Shown in pieces: positions 45,893-60,100 of a DNA stretch of 64,000 nucleotides. The translations under genes were made by a program, and so were the position numbers. Source of the DNA: Phallusia mammillata (Eukaryota); the NCBI GenBank assembly GCA_965637545.1, contig OZ281495.1, positions 23,126,001 through 23,190,000 of the forward strand. Reading direction: 5' to 3'. The notes under the pieces are model-generated. The model had not been told where the DNA came from and ran no database searches. It was given only the letters and a program-made list of their open reading frames with translations. Position 1 is the stretch's first letter; the number at the start of each line of letters is the position of its first letter.

Positions 45893-48175
45893 CTTGTTAC
45901 TTTGTGTTGACTTTCAAAATCCGAGGCTTCTCAGTCCAAGAATACACCCCGGCACACAACAGTTTTAAATTGAACGCTTAAATTGAACCCTAAAGCTGCT
46001 ACAATGCTTTCATTAGAAGTAGGCCTGAAAGATTAAGAAACGACTCGTGACTATGCTGTAATTAAACTGTTCGGCTTCAAACGATAATCCCTCAGGCCAA
46101 ACAGTTCCATTGGTTACAATTTCAGCTCAACTTAGCAAATGTAATGTATCCACTTGGCCTTTGAGGTCTCTAAAATTATCAGTCTCGTACTCTCGTCACA
46201 CGGGCCGCAAACCCGCTGTTTTTTGTCCCCGATTGCAGGTTTACATTTCAGCATCGCTTTTTGATAAGCCCTGGTGAATTATTAACACCCGCTGTCGATC
46301 CCTATTGTTGCGCCAAAAGGGCCAACGGACAATTTTACTGCCAGCCCGGCTACGGTTTATAACTCACTCACTATACTGCACTGACTGACTACAGTTTTTC
46401 ATACACGCCTTGGAAAGCAAACACAGTCGTGTGTGAGAATTGGATCTCTCCAACTTCCACCATGGAACGTCATGACCACAAAATAAACCGCAATGCCAGC
46501 ACTGTACGGAACTACCAGTGTAGTACCAATAGCAATACTGTTTCATAGGTTTGATAAGAATTCAAAGCGTTTTGACTTTTGTATATCACCCATAATTTAA
46601 ATAAACAAATCGTTGATGTCAAATTCTAGCATTAGATAAGATACATTTTGCTACAACTGTAGTAGGCCTACTATACTGTACTACGGTATACTGCTGTATT
46701 TTTAAGTAAAAGGTCACCACGTTTAATTCAGCACCAACACACTCTGAATGATCTCCTACAAAGATAAATAACGCTATTATAGCAAAACGTGGACACTCCC
46801 TCAATAAACAACACATCGTCGATGCTGGTTTGAAAACACCGACTGTTATTCAACCTTTAACGGCGCTTTCTGAATGACTCCCTCTTTGCCTGAGCCAGCG
46901 TTCAATGAAAAGGTCTGCGATCAATTGAGGCTTCAAGAGCTTTATCGCCATGTGTTATCACCGCGTCGTTTACTCGCGACAGGTTGCGTGACTAGCGATA
47001 AAAAAACAAAAGCGATTTACAGATGTAAAGGACATCTGGTGGCCCAATTGTTCCCTTTAAGCCTTCTGCAGTCTGCACCCAGTGTGCAAAAGCATTGTCA
47101 AAAAGTCAACTAGTTAACAATTTAATAATTTTGACGCGGTATTTTTCAAAAGGTGGTTTTGTCTGATTTGATAATGTCCAAATAATACTGTATAGCTATA
47201 ACACAGCTAGGCCTTTATAGGCTATTATTGCTACTATTGTCTCCTTTGCAATTTCATTTCATGACCAAGTGTAAAGTCGCCACATTTAAGCGTTAAGGCC
47301 ATAAGCACTATCTCAATGAATAACAGTATCAAAAAGATTAAATGTACGAACAATGTGTAACCCAGCAACTAACATTGCCCATGATTTACATGTGTGTTTG
47401 AAATACGAATAGCTATTTTTAGTAACACACTTTCAAAAATAAAAACAAACAACTGCAAATTTAGAATGTCAACCAACGTAACCATCGTCTCTATTTTAAG
47501 CCTAAATTTTTAGTAATTAATTTTTATCATGAAAAGCTCAATCCTTATTACAAATATTCGATTAAAACTCAACACACGTCGTACCAGCACTCTTCCGCTA
47601 GAGTGCGCTGGCGTTATGTTTTGTCCACAAACCGGAAAGCCCCTGATCCATATCCCGTTAAAGTCTGTCAAACGCAAATACAGAAACACATGCCTATCAC
47701 AATTAGACGTACTTAAGATCGAGGGGTTACTTATTTCAGCCAACGTGGCATGCTGGGCAGGACTGAGTTATGTAAAATATAAAATGTCTCATGTTGCAGG
47801 ATTTATTTAGCACACAGCGATGCAATCTTAAACTTGGCACCAAACCTGAATGTTATGCATAAAAGTTTAGTTGTTGCTTTTTTTCAAAACGAGTTTTTAA
47901 TACATTAGATTGTGTGTGCAGTTTTCAAGCTTCATGTATATATTTTATCTGGTTCATCGATGTTTTATTAAATTAAAACTACTGTCATTGACTTTAAGCA
48001 TTTGCTTTTCATTTTATTATCTAAAACAGTGTCTCGGAAATAGTTGGTCATTCATGGTACAAACATAGGAAATTGTGAGCATTTGTGAAAATGTACTTTC
48101 TAAACATGATTACTATTTTTTTTCTTAACATTCTTTCTTTATATTTGTTGTAAATTTGCTTTATTTAAATACTTT

Positions 48176-48581
48176 TAGTTATGGGACGATACCAGGTTTT
48201 GAAGCGAGTACGAGTACCACATGTATATACCTTCGATACCGAGTACGATTACCAAGTACTTAAGTGTAGTGTTGTACTTAGTTGTATATCATTGGCTAAT
48301 CTATATGCCATGTTTGGGCACACACACACACATTTTGTAAAATGTAATCTCCACTTGATAGCGAAAAAGATAAACGTAAACTGGCTGAACTTTTTTCCAA
48401 TTTTGTGCTGTCCGAAGCAAATATTGGCATAAAGTTGCCCATATTCTTATGGTGTAAATAGGCCTTCAGTACTCACATGTTGGTATTGAAAACTGAGACA
48501 AAATATTTCGAAACCGAGTACAAGTATCGATATGACTGGAAATTGTTCGATACCGAGTACCGGGTACTCGTCCCATCACCA
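48176..48581. mobile_element. hAT-type MITE
   Basis: Termini TAGTTATGGGACGA / TCGTCCCATCACCA; subterminal GATACCGAGTAC repeats; TSD AATACTTT/AATACTTG (7/8). Confidence 0.8.
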
Positions 48582-49080
48582 AATACTTGTAGATTAACTT
48601 AATTGCAGTACAATTTTGTTTTAGATTATTCAACCATTAGAATGTATTTGATAACAAAATGTATACTATTGTTGGTTATATTTCAATCATCTGTAAATGC
48701 ATTTGAAAACAAGGTATGTGAAACCCTTGAAGTTTTGTAAATTTTGCTTATTTTTTGCTTTTTTATTGCAACACCTTATTAAAAACATTTAAGATCAGCT
48801 AAACAGTAATAAAATAACCATTAAAAACTTAAACGTACAATAGTAATATGGTTTTATTATGATACCAGTAGTTTCTGCAAATGTATTTTGTTGTATGTTA
48901 AGTTGTAATGTTTTTCACAGCAAACTAGCAAAATGTTTAGCAATATTTTTGTAAGATAAGATAATCTAATAAATACATATAAAATACACTTTTTTTAAAA
49001 TAGAATTTTCCTGATTTACCCAGGGAAAATATAAAACATATATATATTTTTTGTTTTAAGATTCATGCATGTTTTAACAG

Positions 49081-52000
49081 GATGCTGGAGGTAAAGATGC
49101 AGAAGAAATTGAGGATTATGTAGAAATACAAGAGGATCAAGAAATAGTTGAATTACCACCAGTCATTGAACAAGGTCCAGCGCGGGTTACACATGTACTG
49201 GATATTGGGGATGGTGACAAAGCATGGGTTATTGATGATGCAATTAAACACCAACTAAAGGAAAGTTACTTGGGAGTCATCCAAGGTTCAATGAGTCCTG
49301 TCAGATTCACATTTATGCACATGGTGAGATGTTTGTGGATTTTGAATGTGTTAAATTTCATGTCTTCTTTCAGTAACTTAGATTTTACTTTTATGAGTAA
49401 ATTTAAAACTTTACACCTTTGGATATCAGCTTTTAAATATGTTGGCGAACAGAGTGTATGCAAATAGCTTGTATTAAGTTCTTTAGCCTAATTATTGCTC
49501 TTACCTGTGACTCTTAAAAAAATACAAAACCTAAAACATTAAATTTGGTAAATTTGGTCTTTTAATATGTCCAAAAATGCAACCGTATTTTGTAGAACTA
49601 CAGCAAAGCAGACTTAGATAAACCATGGAATTATGGAAGTGCACCATGGGTAAAACCAGTAGATCTGGAATACCTAAAGTCTTTGCCAATTTGGCTTGAA
49701 CTTCAACCAGTTGTTGAAAAAGCAATCCAAAAAGAGGTGGGATTTCTTTTTGAATGCTTGCTGTTGAGTATTCCCAACATTAAATACTTCGGGTTTGTAT
49801 TTTAGGTTTTTATGGAGTATGGACAGCTTCAGTTATTACGAGCTTTAGATGCTATGCCACCAGCAGTAAACGAGTTCTGTGCTCCAAACAGATATGTACT
49901 CACATTGTTTTTGGGTCATGAGTGGAGGTTAAATAACTATGGCCAGGTAAGACTAAGATTTTTTACTCTTTCAAAACATCAGATTCATCAGGAAAGTTGT
50001 GTGTGATTTCAGGTGTCATTTTATAGTAAAATGCGCAATCCAAACATTACCTCCGAGCCGAGATGGGAGATTACTGAGAGTGTCCATCCACATGTCTACC
50101 GTGCGCTACTATGGCCATCCTGTCACAAAGTGCTGTTCAGAGCCCCCTGTGTCAACTACTTCAACCATATGCCATATCTGAACATATACTTTACAACAGA
50201 CGAGAATAGCAAAGGTAGTTGTCTTCATTGATTTTCTTAACTCGTCTTAATCAAACATGTAAGCCTTAAGGTAACATGCTTGTGTTTAAACTGTATTTCA
50301 GACCAAGCGTGTTATACAAAGTACTTTTCATCAACTTAAACATTGATAATGATGTTTATGCCCGTTCATTAGGTTGTCTAGATACGTTTTAATTTCACGT
50401 ATATTGTATTCTTTGCAAACTTGCAGACTTGGGGTTGTTATTTTTCCTGGTTTCCAAATGGTCGAGGGTCAAATATGATACGTGACTGAAAACTGTACAG
50501 CATGGCGCAACAAGGCTTTTCCGGCCTACTAGTGAATACGCACTCCATGTGTCTGCCGCACGCAGCAAGGAAGCTTTGTTTCCTTTGGCAAACTTCTAAT
50601 CAATCGTTTCGAACGCGATTTTATGCTATCTCTATTTATCAGATTCTTACTTCGGCCATATGTTTTTTTCTGCCAATGAGTTGAGTCGAATGTTAAATGT
50701 TGTGGCTTTAACCCCGTTAAGGCATTGTGGGCCCACGCTTCCGGACCAGTTGGTAAAAATCAGGTCATTAAAGTAAGCCTGTACAAATAAGGCCAAACAT
50801 ACGTCCCCTTTTTGAAGGGCATGTCCGCTGAAATAACCTTTGAAAATATCTTCATCCAAACTTGCTATGTCAATTGTTGGCGTAGAATTTTTAAAATATT
50901 TTCGTTAAACAGTATCTGATAATGATCTTTACCAGCAATTTGTCCCAATTTTACACAAAGAAATGACGGTAAATATAAGCAGAAAACCATGGTATCTCAT
51001 ATGTTATAGGAATTACTGTGCCATTTTCGTTGACTAAGAAGTCGGACGCGGAGAAAGAGGACTTCGGTCACTTCACGTTTGACAACAGCGATGCAAATAG
51101 AACGATAGACTACGACAAATGCCTACTCCGAACATTCTACGATAGAACACAAGACAGGTAGGCGTTTTGTGCTGCTGGTCACGTGCTTTGTGGTGCATTC
51201 CTACATTTTAAATTCAGTTGAAACGTATAAATGTTATGTTTTACGTTTTACGCAAGCCAATCTTACCCCAGTAATACAAAAAGAAAGTTACATCTTGTAT
51301 ACGTGACATGATAAATCCCTCTCGCACCAGCTTGTCATCTAACTGCCCGTGATATTTTATACAAAATGTTACTCTGAGCTATTTGTATATGGGCTAAATT
51401 TATCTATGTATTTTGTGTATCGGTCGCCTATTCCAAAAATGTGCGATGATTGTTGGCAGGTTGTGCAGCTGTTTTGATCTGGTGCGTTGACTCAAATTAA
51501 GCTTCTATTGTTCCACGTAAAAAGCATACGGGCTGTCAAAAACCAAACACACACAAAATGAATTTTGTCCAATTACTTAAACTGTCGATGCATAACTAAG
51601 AAACTATACATCATGCCCAAAAATAATTCCCTCGAGTTTACATATATGTTTCAGTTTACCCAATGACAATGTTGTAACTCCTTGCTCTTATTGTTGCAAT
51701 AGAATTATAACAAATGTTGTTTTTCAGGCCAATTCACATTTTTGATGGTCTTTTCACCACCGAAGAACTTCGGGCTTGGCGAACACATCTTCTTGGTGTA
51801 AAAGCTGCAATGAATCCGTTTGACCCAGCTCCACTTCAAGATCATGACAATGTTCAGTGGATGTCTCAATATAACGTAAAGTGATTTTTTGTGACACTAA
51901 CCTGCCAAGTTACTAGTGACTCATGTTATACTAAAATAGGGTTTTCTTTAATCGAATTCGCCATAGATCTTTCTATGGGCATAGAACATCTATACATTAC

Positions 52001-55000
52001 TTTATGTAAATAATAATCTAACCCGGTTGCATATTTATAACGCGGTTTGCATCAAGCGGCTGTCGCCTTTTTTCCCATATACAATTGGACATGAAATTTA
52101 AACACACTTTTTGTTTACCAGTATACTTTTGCATTATTGTTTTTTTCCAATTTTTCTTAATGGCGAATTTCAAAATTAAAAAATGTTGTCACAGATCGAC
52201 AAGTTCTTGCAAACCGACATGTGGCCGAGACTGCAGGGACTTCTCAAATACGTTTCAAACGAGACTGATTGGAGTCCCTATGATGTTGCACTTAACTTCA
52301 TACGAGCTGCAGATCACACAAGAATCCATCCCGACTCTGAATCACATCAAGTACTGATTTATATTGCTAAAAATAAACTGTTGACGTAACCGAGCTATTC
52401 GAACTTTATATTAGTGGTGTCAACCGTAATTTTTTGGGGTAATTTTGAACGTACTGCAGCGGGTCTAAAAACTTTTTATGCCGCGTCGATGCCGCACACC
52501 GCGCAACTTATTTAACAACTTTTGCTTTGAAAAAACGTCGACAATATGTACACAGATTTGTTACGTTTTTCTGTCATAAAAGACATAATTAGTAATGTCC
52601 AGAATCTAAAATTCAATTATTGTTAGTTTTTAGAAGAGAGGGTGTTGTATTTTGTTGTTGGTTTGTGTTATATTGTTCAAGTTTGCTTGGAATTTATGAT
52701 TTTGTGAAACTGTTGCTGTTTGACCTTTTCATGCAAACTTGTAGCATTTTAAGGTAAACATTAAAATGTGTTTAATGTTAAATGTTTGCAATGCAGATTT
52801 AAGAACTGATGTAGGGCTTTATAGTTCAATATTATACGTGGTGCAGTGCAGTGCAGTGTCAACCAATTTCTTTTCAAAATTTGCAGTTTCGGTGCAGTTT
52901 GCGAACAGCTTGAAATTTTGCGGTGCGAACAAAAATCCCAAAATTTCTGTCCGCGACATCACTACTTTATATACCTTTTATAGCGTTTTTTTTGTAGAGG
53001 TGCCTAATATATTTACAAATGCGAATATTTAGTACCCAAAAATGAAACTGTTTGCTTCTCTCGTGCAAACTTTGCTTTTCTCTTTTTTGAATAGACCGAA
53101 TTCACAATGCTACTGTACTTAAGCGAGGGAATGAAACCATCCGAGTATGGTGAAACGATGTGGATGGTGCGACGTGATACGGATGGTGTGCACGAGTTTC
53201 TGGGACCAGGAGGTGATTTGTACGAAACCATCGCAGCCGTTGCTCCCAAGTTCGGACGCATGGTCGTTTTCAGAAGTAAGTCAAGAAGCAGTATTACAAT
53301 GGGTGCAGCTTTGTTATTAGTTATCTGGATATTTTTTGGTTTCAAATTTGTCTCAACTAAAAACAAACAAATATGCAAGTACCTACAGGCAAGGAAGTCA
53401 TAGTAGTTGTATGTTTTCAGATTAATTGCATAGTTTAAATGGTTATACCTTATATTAAAACACAGTTATAACTTTTTTCAACTGAAAACACAATTCTGCA
53501 AGTAACTGCAACTGAATCATAGTAGTATCGCATGTTTTCAACCTAATAGCATAGTTTTCGCGGCTATCCCTTTCAATAAAACACGGAGGTGAAGAGCTCT
53601 ATTTGTATTTCTGATTCTTATTGGCTGAAACTTTTACATGTGTTACCAGACAACATCGAGCATTCGGCCCATCCTCCTTCCACACTGTTTCTGGGCGGAA
53701 GGTACTCGTTTGCGGTAAAAGTCAGCCGGAATCTTCGTCTCGCCTTTGTCAAACGTATTTATGAAGGGATGGAAAAAGTGGACATGTCACCGACTCTTAA
53801 GACGGTCAATCGGTTAGTCTCGTGCAAACTTGTATACATTTGCTTACATGAGTTACCATGCAGAATATTATGAAGTGTTCAGATGGTTTGAGTTTGTTAA
53901 ATTGCAGTTTTATATTTACTCAAGCAGCTGTGTTATATGCAAGACGCTTAGCAGCAGCACCTTCGCCATAACCTGTAATGGATTTTGTCTGGATTAACCA
54001 AAATTAACTATGATTAATACCTGTCTTGACAAACCGCCTTTGCCGCAAACATTTTACTGTCAAACAATAAGCCCAAAGTAGCTATGAGTTGTCCTGTATT
54101 TAAGTGTGATTACACTGGGCAACAAAAAAATATTTTTTTATTGGTGTCTATAATTTTTTACTTGATTTTGACTATTTCCAGTGCCCTGATTTCAAAAATG
54201 CAATCGGTTTATCTGTATCACGTCTAGTTTTCCTGTTATGGTACATCCACGTTTGAAAAACAATCTATATGTATACGCTATAGTGAAACTGGTTTTGAGG
54301 ATTTTATTTGGAATTAACGTTTAATTGCAAGAACAAAATTTTGAATTTAATTTTAAATGTAACAGGTGGACACTCCTAACCAACAAAATTCAATATATAA
54401 AACAAAAAAAATGTTTCAAATTTGTAAGTTTTTAGGTATATCGGGTATAGGCCTACACATTTACTTCTGTAACTTTCAGAAATGACTGGCAGCAATATCG
54501 TCCCGTTTAATTGACCAACAGCAGTTAGCCAGGACCACATTATTTAGACACGTCTCGTTTTACTGATATCCTGTTGGAACCTTTCAGCTTAATTCTCAGC
54601 ATTTATATCCCTTACGTTTTAAGGGAAGTGTAGCTTTATACTTATTTTCGTACCGAATTTTTTAGATTGCTTAATAACTTAGTTATGTACTCTTTTCTAA
54701 TAATTTCAGTCCCTTTCTACTGTTTTTGTTCATTACTGCAATATTCCAGTCAACATTAGGTAAGTGGAGCCCATTGCTTGCCCTAAACCCCTAAAGTCAC
54801 ATCGAAGTGTGCAAGATATGCACAGTTGATACAAATCGTTTTTTTTTTCTTTTTAGTTGTGTTGTATGGATATTCACCAGTAAGGTAGCATAAAACATCT
54901 TGTTAATTCATGCAACACCTTATAGATGACCTAGCCACTATTAATTTTAGTTTTACCACCTTGCTTTACGAGTCTGAAAATCACTCCATAAAACACGTAT

Positions 55001-55581
55001 AGTTTAAAGTTACCACTAGCCTGCACCAACCATTTTTAGGCAGAGCATTAACATAGAACACATATTCATGCTATGAAACTGACTGCACTGTAGGAAATTG
55101 ATGTGTATAATGTAACAAAGCTTTAACAAACACATAAAAGCATGATTTTAATGTCATTGAATCAATATGGTCATAAATTTTGATTTTGTAAATAACTTAA
55201 AAAGTTGATCTGATTGAAGAAAACCGTAATGATTTTTGAAATCAGCACCCCAAAATTAGTCAATATCAGTTTTAACATTAAAGACACCAAAAATTGTGTT
55301 GGCCAGTGTATTGGCGCCACAAAACAGCACATTTTATTTACCCCAGTTTTATGTAGCACATCTATAGATTTTTCCGAAGCATGTAATACTCTATATTTTG
55401 ATTTTGGTCTGTTTTTTTTTTTTTTAGGCAACTACAGATGGGCGCCCACGACGACCCGACAAAGTCCCCGTTAACCGACTCGCATCTCAAACGACTCTAC
55501 AAAAAAATAATAGACATGGCCTCCAATGCGAACTATGAAGAATATCAAAATGAATTAAAGCAGCCGTTTCAAAACCTGTAA
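49081..55581 (+). CDS. Tandem-domain 2OG-Fe(II) oxygenase (prolyl-4-hydroxylase-like family); first exon(s) not located
   Basis: Ten phase-consistent exons: 49081-49323, 49596-49736, 49806-49946, 50013-50214, 51010-51157, 51728-51875, 52195-52350, 53095-53275, 53650-53812, 55428-55581 (558 codons plus stop). The C-terminal domain has HxD (RIHPD), distal His (IEHSAHPP) and Arg (GRYSFAVK). Confidence 0.85.
54113..54720 (-). mobile_element. Fossil Chapaev3-like (CMC) transposon 3' part in the last intron of the oxygenase gene
   Basis: Minus-strand degenerate peptides GTKISIKLHF, ERFQQDISK and LANCCWSIKRD resemble recalled GCNMSxKxHFL / GERFHQDI / LADYCWxLKRD. One CACTGGGCAAC terminus lies at 54113; the other end was not found. 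Confidence 0.7.
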
Positions 55582-57165
55582 CACTTTGTTGCAATGTTTC
55601 ATGTGTTTTTTGTCCTTTGTCGTAAGCAATACTATTGCCAAAAGAGATTAACCGCATATACTATGGTTGGAAAGTCGCCTTTAAAAGCCTACTGTTGCGT
55701 ATGATCTATAAAATAGTTGCAACATATCAATGGATTAAGAAGTGTCTTATTTTTAAATTTGTATGCAAGATGCTAAATTAAGTGCCTTTGCAAACTATCT
55801 ATGTGGTATTTGCCACATGCAATTTTCTAGTTAAATGCATGACGTCTTCCTGCCATTCTCATTGCCAGTTTCCTGCCAACAATTATACCACATTTTGTGT
55901 ACGTGCTTTCCAAGCGTCACCACCGTATGGTGCTTGCATACAAGTTTTCTTAAAGCCCGAACTTACCACTGCTCCATTCACTGTACATTTTCGTATGTGC
56001 AATCGTATGTGTATGTTTTTCTCAGATACACAGAAGCTTAGTCGCTATTGGCTTGATTTGATTCATAATACTGCTGGAGAATCCTTGTGGGTGAAATGTC
56101 GGCGGAAAATTCAGAAACAAATGCTCTTAAGTAACAATAGTTTACCAATGTAAAACAGATCGTAAGTCGTAAAACCGTGATTAGGCAGCATAAAAGTTAC
56201 TTGGTTCAAAAAAGATTTTCACATTTGAGGGTCCACTTACAAAAATTCCCTCACCAGAAAATGGAAGTCACTAGTCACTACACATCAAATAGACCGAATT
56301 AAAATAGGTCATCTTGTAAAGTTAAATAACAAAGTCATCAACGTTTATTCGCATCAAAAGAACAATGTTTTGTTCGTGCGTGGGGAAGTGTTCTCTGGTT
56401 CAAGTTATTATTTAAACCTTTACTTAACAAAAAATACACACTGATCTTAGTTGTTTAGTTCCCGGTAAAACAATGTCACAAAGTGCAGATATTATAAGCG
56501 AAATTGTATTAACCAAACTAAATTGTAAACGAAATAAAAGTTTGTAAAATTTTGTTTTATGCTACCGCACAGTTTTTTGACTCACACTCAAAACAGGGAA
56601 TTCCCCGGAAAGTGCGGTAAAATGCCCTGTTGGAAAACGATCCAGATAAATTGCAAGGAATGCCTGTGATGTGTGTTAAAACGGTTTGTATTTGGAAACG
56701 TGTTTGGACATTTTCATGGACTGAATGTATATTACGTCTATAAGTTGTACATCTGTAACCATTAGTTTGCATATTTTTATCAAATAGATAATAAAAGCAT
56801 GAAGTACTGGAGTTTATTTATTATTGGGAGGGACCACTAGTATTGTACTATTACTTGCCCACCAAATGCAGTTCCGAAAATGCCAACTAAGTTTTATAGT
56901 GCATATGGATGTGGCAATGTGCCAGTAACCAATTGAACAATATGCTGAGTCACCTGAGCTGAGTGATTACAGTTTGGTTGAATGTGAGGCCTATTAAGGT
57001 TGGTTACTATTTGTTCATTAAGTGTGTTCCTTCTATCAGGTTGACAGTATGTTACATAAAACTCCAGGCAGCAAATCCTGTGGTTATCTTTTCAGTTGAC
57101 AAAAAAACGCTCAATCGGGGAACAGCTATTACACGAGATGTGAACTAACTTGGTCAACCCTGAGG

Positions 57166-60100
57166 ATGACCTTTCTGTCAAATGCAGTGGTACATCTTTT
57201 TCATGTTATATCTACGAAAAGGGATGTTGAATCTATTACAGAAACTACAAGTCTGGCTTGCCTGAAGAATAATTTAAGCTTGTTTGTGAAAACAAATTGT
57301 GTGTGTTTAATGCAAACAGAACTTAACAGCCCAGATGATTTTATTGCTGCATTGATTCAATTAAAGCCAGCATTTGAATCTATATCACAATTTGACTTTG
57401 CATCAGGCAAACCTTGTAAAGGAATAAAAAATCTGAGGGCTGATGTTTTGCAAACTCTTAACAATGGATGGGAAGTGTTTGTTACTGAAGATGCTTTACA
57501 AATTGTTGTCACTTTGTTACAAATAACTTCACATTTGGAAAGAACACTTGGTGATGTAAGTGAATTTATAATGATGATTGTTTTGAAATATGTTAGTGTA
57601 GTTTATAGTTACACAATTTTTGTGCAGGTATTTCTTGTAAAAGGAAAGGTTTGTCCTTTTTTACTTCGAGATTTGTTGGCCAGCCCTGAACTTAGTGAAA
57701 TATGCTTGCCATGGAGAATGAAAATGATGCAGTTATTGTTGGGTGGCCCATTTAGCCTCAATTTAAGAAATCTTCTCTGGCATGGATTTGTGGCACCTGA
57801 GGAAATCTCTATTGGGTATGAAAATTATGCATATGTACCTGTACCTCCACATGCTTCAATCTGTATTGTTTTTGCTTTCAGATGTGCTAAAATGATGTTT
57901 GCATGTGTATATGACCTGTACTGCTATTTGGAGGAAACAAATATATATGACCGTATTCGACTGAGGCCATTGGTCAAAATCAACACAAGCACAAACATCA
58001 TTAACAAATTGTTTCCTGGTATGCAGAAGAACTTTGCCCGAGGAGCATATTTTGAACTTATTTATCTTTACAGTTAAACTCATTGAAGAGGACATTACTC
58101 AAATAAAAGCCTACTTTGAAACTTCTCTGTACATTGCCAAAGTCATGCTACCCTACTTTCTCCACAGTGTTTCCTGCTACGAAAACAAAAAGTTTGTAAT
58201 GTTGTATTTTGTATGCTGACTGTGCAGGCCACAAATTAAATTACATATTTACACCAGCTGGTAGTGTATTGCAGTCAAGTTTGGTCATGAGCAATATGTT
58301 ACAGCAAAATTTGGTGCAGTCTATTTTAGATACTTTTTTGCTTTTGTTAGACTTGATATCTGTGTTATAACACTTCTCCCACAACTAGAGACTTTGTTAA
58401 GATGTCAATTTGCAAGTTGCAACAACATGCCTGAAAGAGTGATGACTGCACAGTCAACTGAATTCTACACCACCATGGATGAGGCAAGCTCTATTTACTT
58501 GATTTTGCAATTATATTTGCACCAAATGTGTCGGTTTAATGCTTGGTATTTGGTTTTAAATTCAACTCTATTAAAAAGATTTTAGCAGAACATCTGCCCA
58601 GTGGAAAAGAAAATCAGTTGAAACATTTCTTTGACAAACAATTCATGGTATGAGCGTGTTTATAGGACATGGTAAGACAAAACTTATTAGTTATTTTTCT
58701 TTTAAATTTTACAGGTTCTGCTGACCGACATTTTCAATCAACCTGAGGGATTACGATTACGCGATCGCCTTTCGCATGGCGAACTTGACACTGATGACGT
58801 CACCCAATATGTTGCAGATCTTATTATATTTGTGGTGACGTATGCAAGTCACAGGCCTTTAAAATTTAACGATGATGGACTTTGCAAAGAACGGTTTGAC
58901 TTTTGTCCAAACTCTTGTATTTGTTACAACTCATCGTGGTATTCAAATGCCAGTTTGAAAATATCAAATTATGAGTCTGTTTTCCATCCGCTAGCTGTCG
59001 CTAAAAGGTTGTCAAACGAATGTTTGGATTTGTGCGATCAATTCCAAACACTTGTGGAAACAGTAAAGTTCGAAGATGACGGGAACTCGGCTTCTTGCAA
59101 TGAAACATGCGATAGAGTTTATGAAAATTGCGCACGGCTGTTTGAATCTCATTTTCACGAGGAATTGAATACATGCGATGTGTGCGACGTATTGCCACGC
59201 ATTAAAGCAGTTCGACGAAAGAAACTGGAAACATTACATAGGTTGGAAATTAAATTAGAGCAATTGTTGAACATAACTTTTCAAGCCTTTACTTGCTGTT
59301 TCCATATGTAAATATGTGCAAGATTGTAACATGCAGCCATCCTAAAATATTTAGTGGTAACATAAACTTGATATATTACACAATGCAGATCTGATAGCAA
59401 AAGCTTGGAAGCCTCTGCGTTCCTTCGGCAAATTGCAAAAAATAGTCTCAACGCAGCCCAAAACTTGTTGTCATCTACTCGGTCACGAGCTGAAGATCTG
59501 CGTGCTAAGAGGTTACGTTCAAGACAAAGACAAAACTTTCAAAAGCTCATTGCATGGTAAGTGATTCGCGACAATGTTTTTTTTGCCTTACGGTCGCGGG
59601 GTACCGGGCTAAACCGGTCTAAACCGGTCGACAATTTTGGAAGGTGTTTTATATGGTAATATTTGCAAGTTGTAGTTTCTGGTGAGCATTGCCGAATACA
59701 CAGAGTAAAGAATGTGTCCCACGGCGTCTAAAAATAAACATGAATCATACCAAGAAACCCATGCGTATTCAAATGCAGGAAATATCACACAAATTTAAAC
59801 GTATGACCCTTTTTAGCTCATGTTGTAAGTTGTATTTAGCGAAACGAGTTTTGACATATTATTTATCTCTAATGCTTGTTTCTTGAATTTTCGACAAACA
59901 TTTTGATGTAGCTAATCCAATCAGCGCGGGGCGGGCGTGAAGTTGATTCAAATATTTATACCACGCCTGTTTGGCGATAAATCCGTCAGCGGCATCATAA
60001 GCAATCGCCGAACGCCTGTTATACACCGATACGATTTTGTATTGGAGCGTACGGGCTTGTGGCATTTACTCTCACACTGGTACGAGTCAAATGGGTGGTA

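Noticed and set aside
46364-47810. Candidate first exons for the oxygenase gene
   Set aside because: Several ATG...GT combinations exist, but none gives a convincing signal peptide with a phase-0 donor. Left unresolved.
50430-50880. Possible LINE reverse-transcriptase fragment or nested exon on the minus strand
   Set aside because: Only a vague GSVGP resemblance with no RT motifs. The host gene splices correctly without it.
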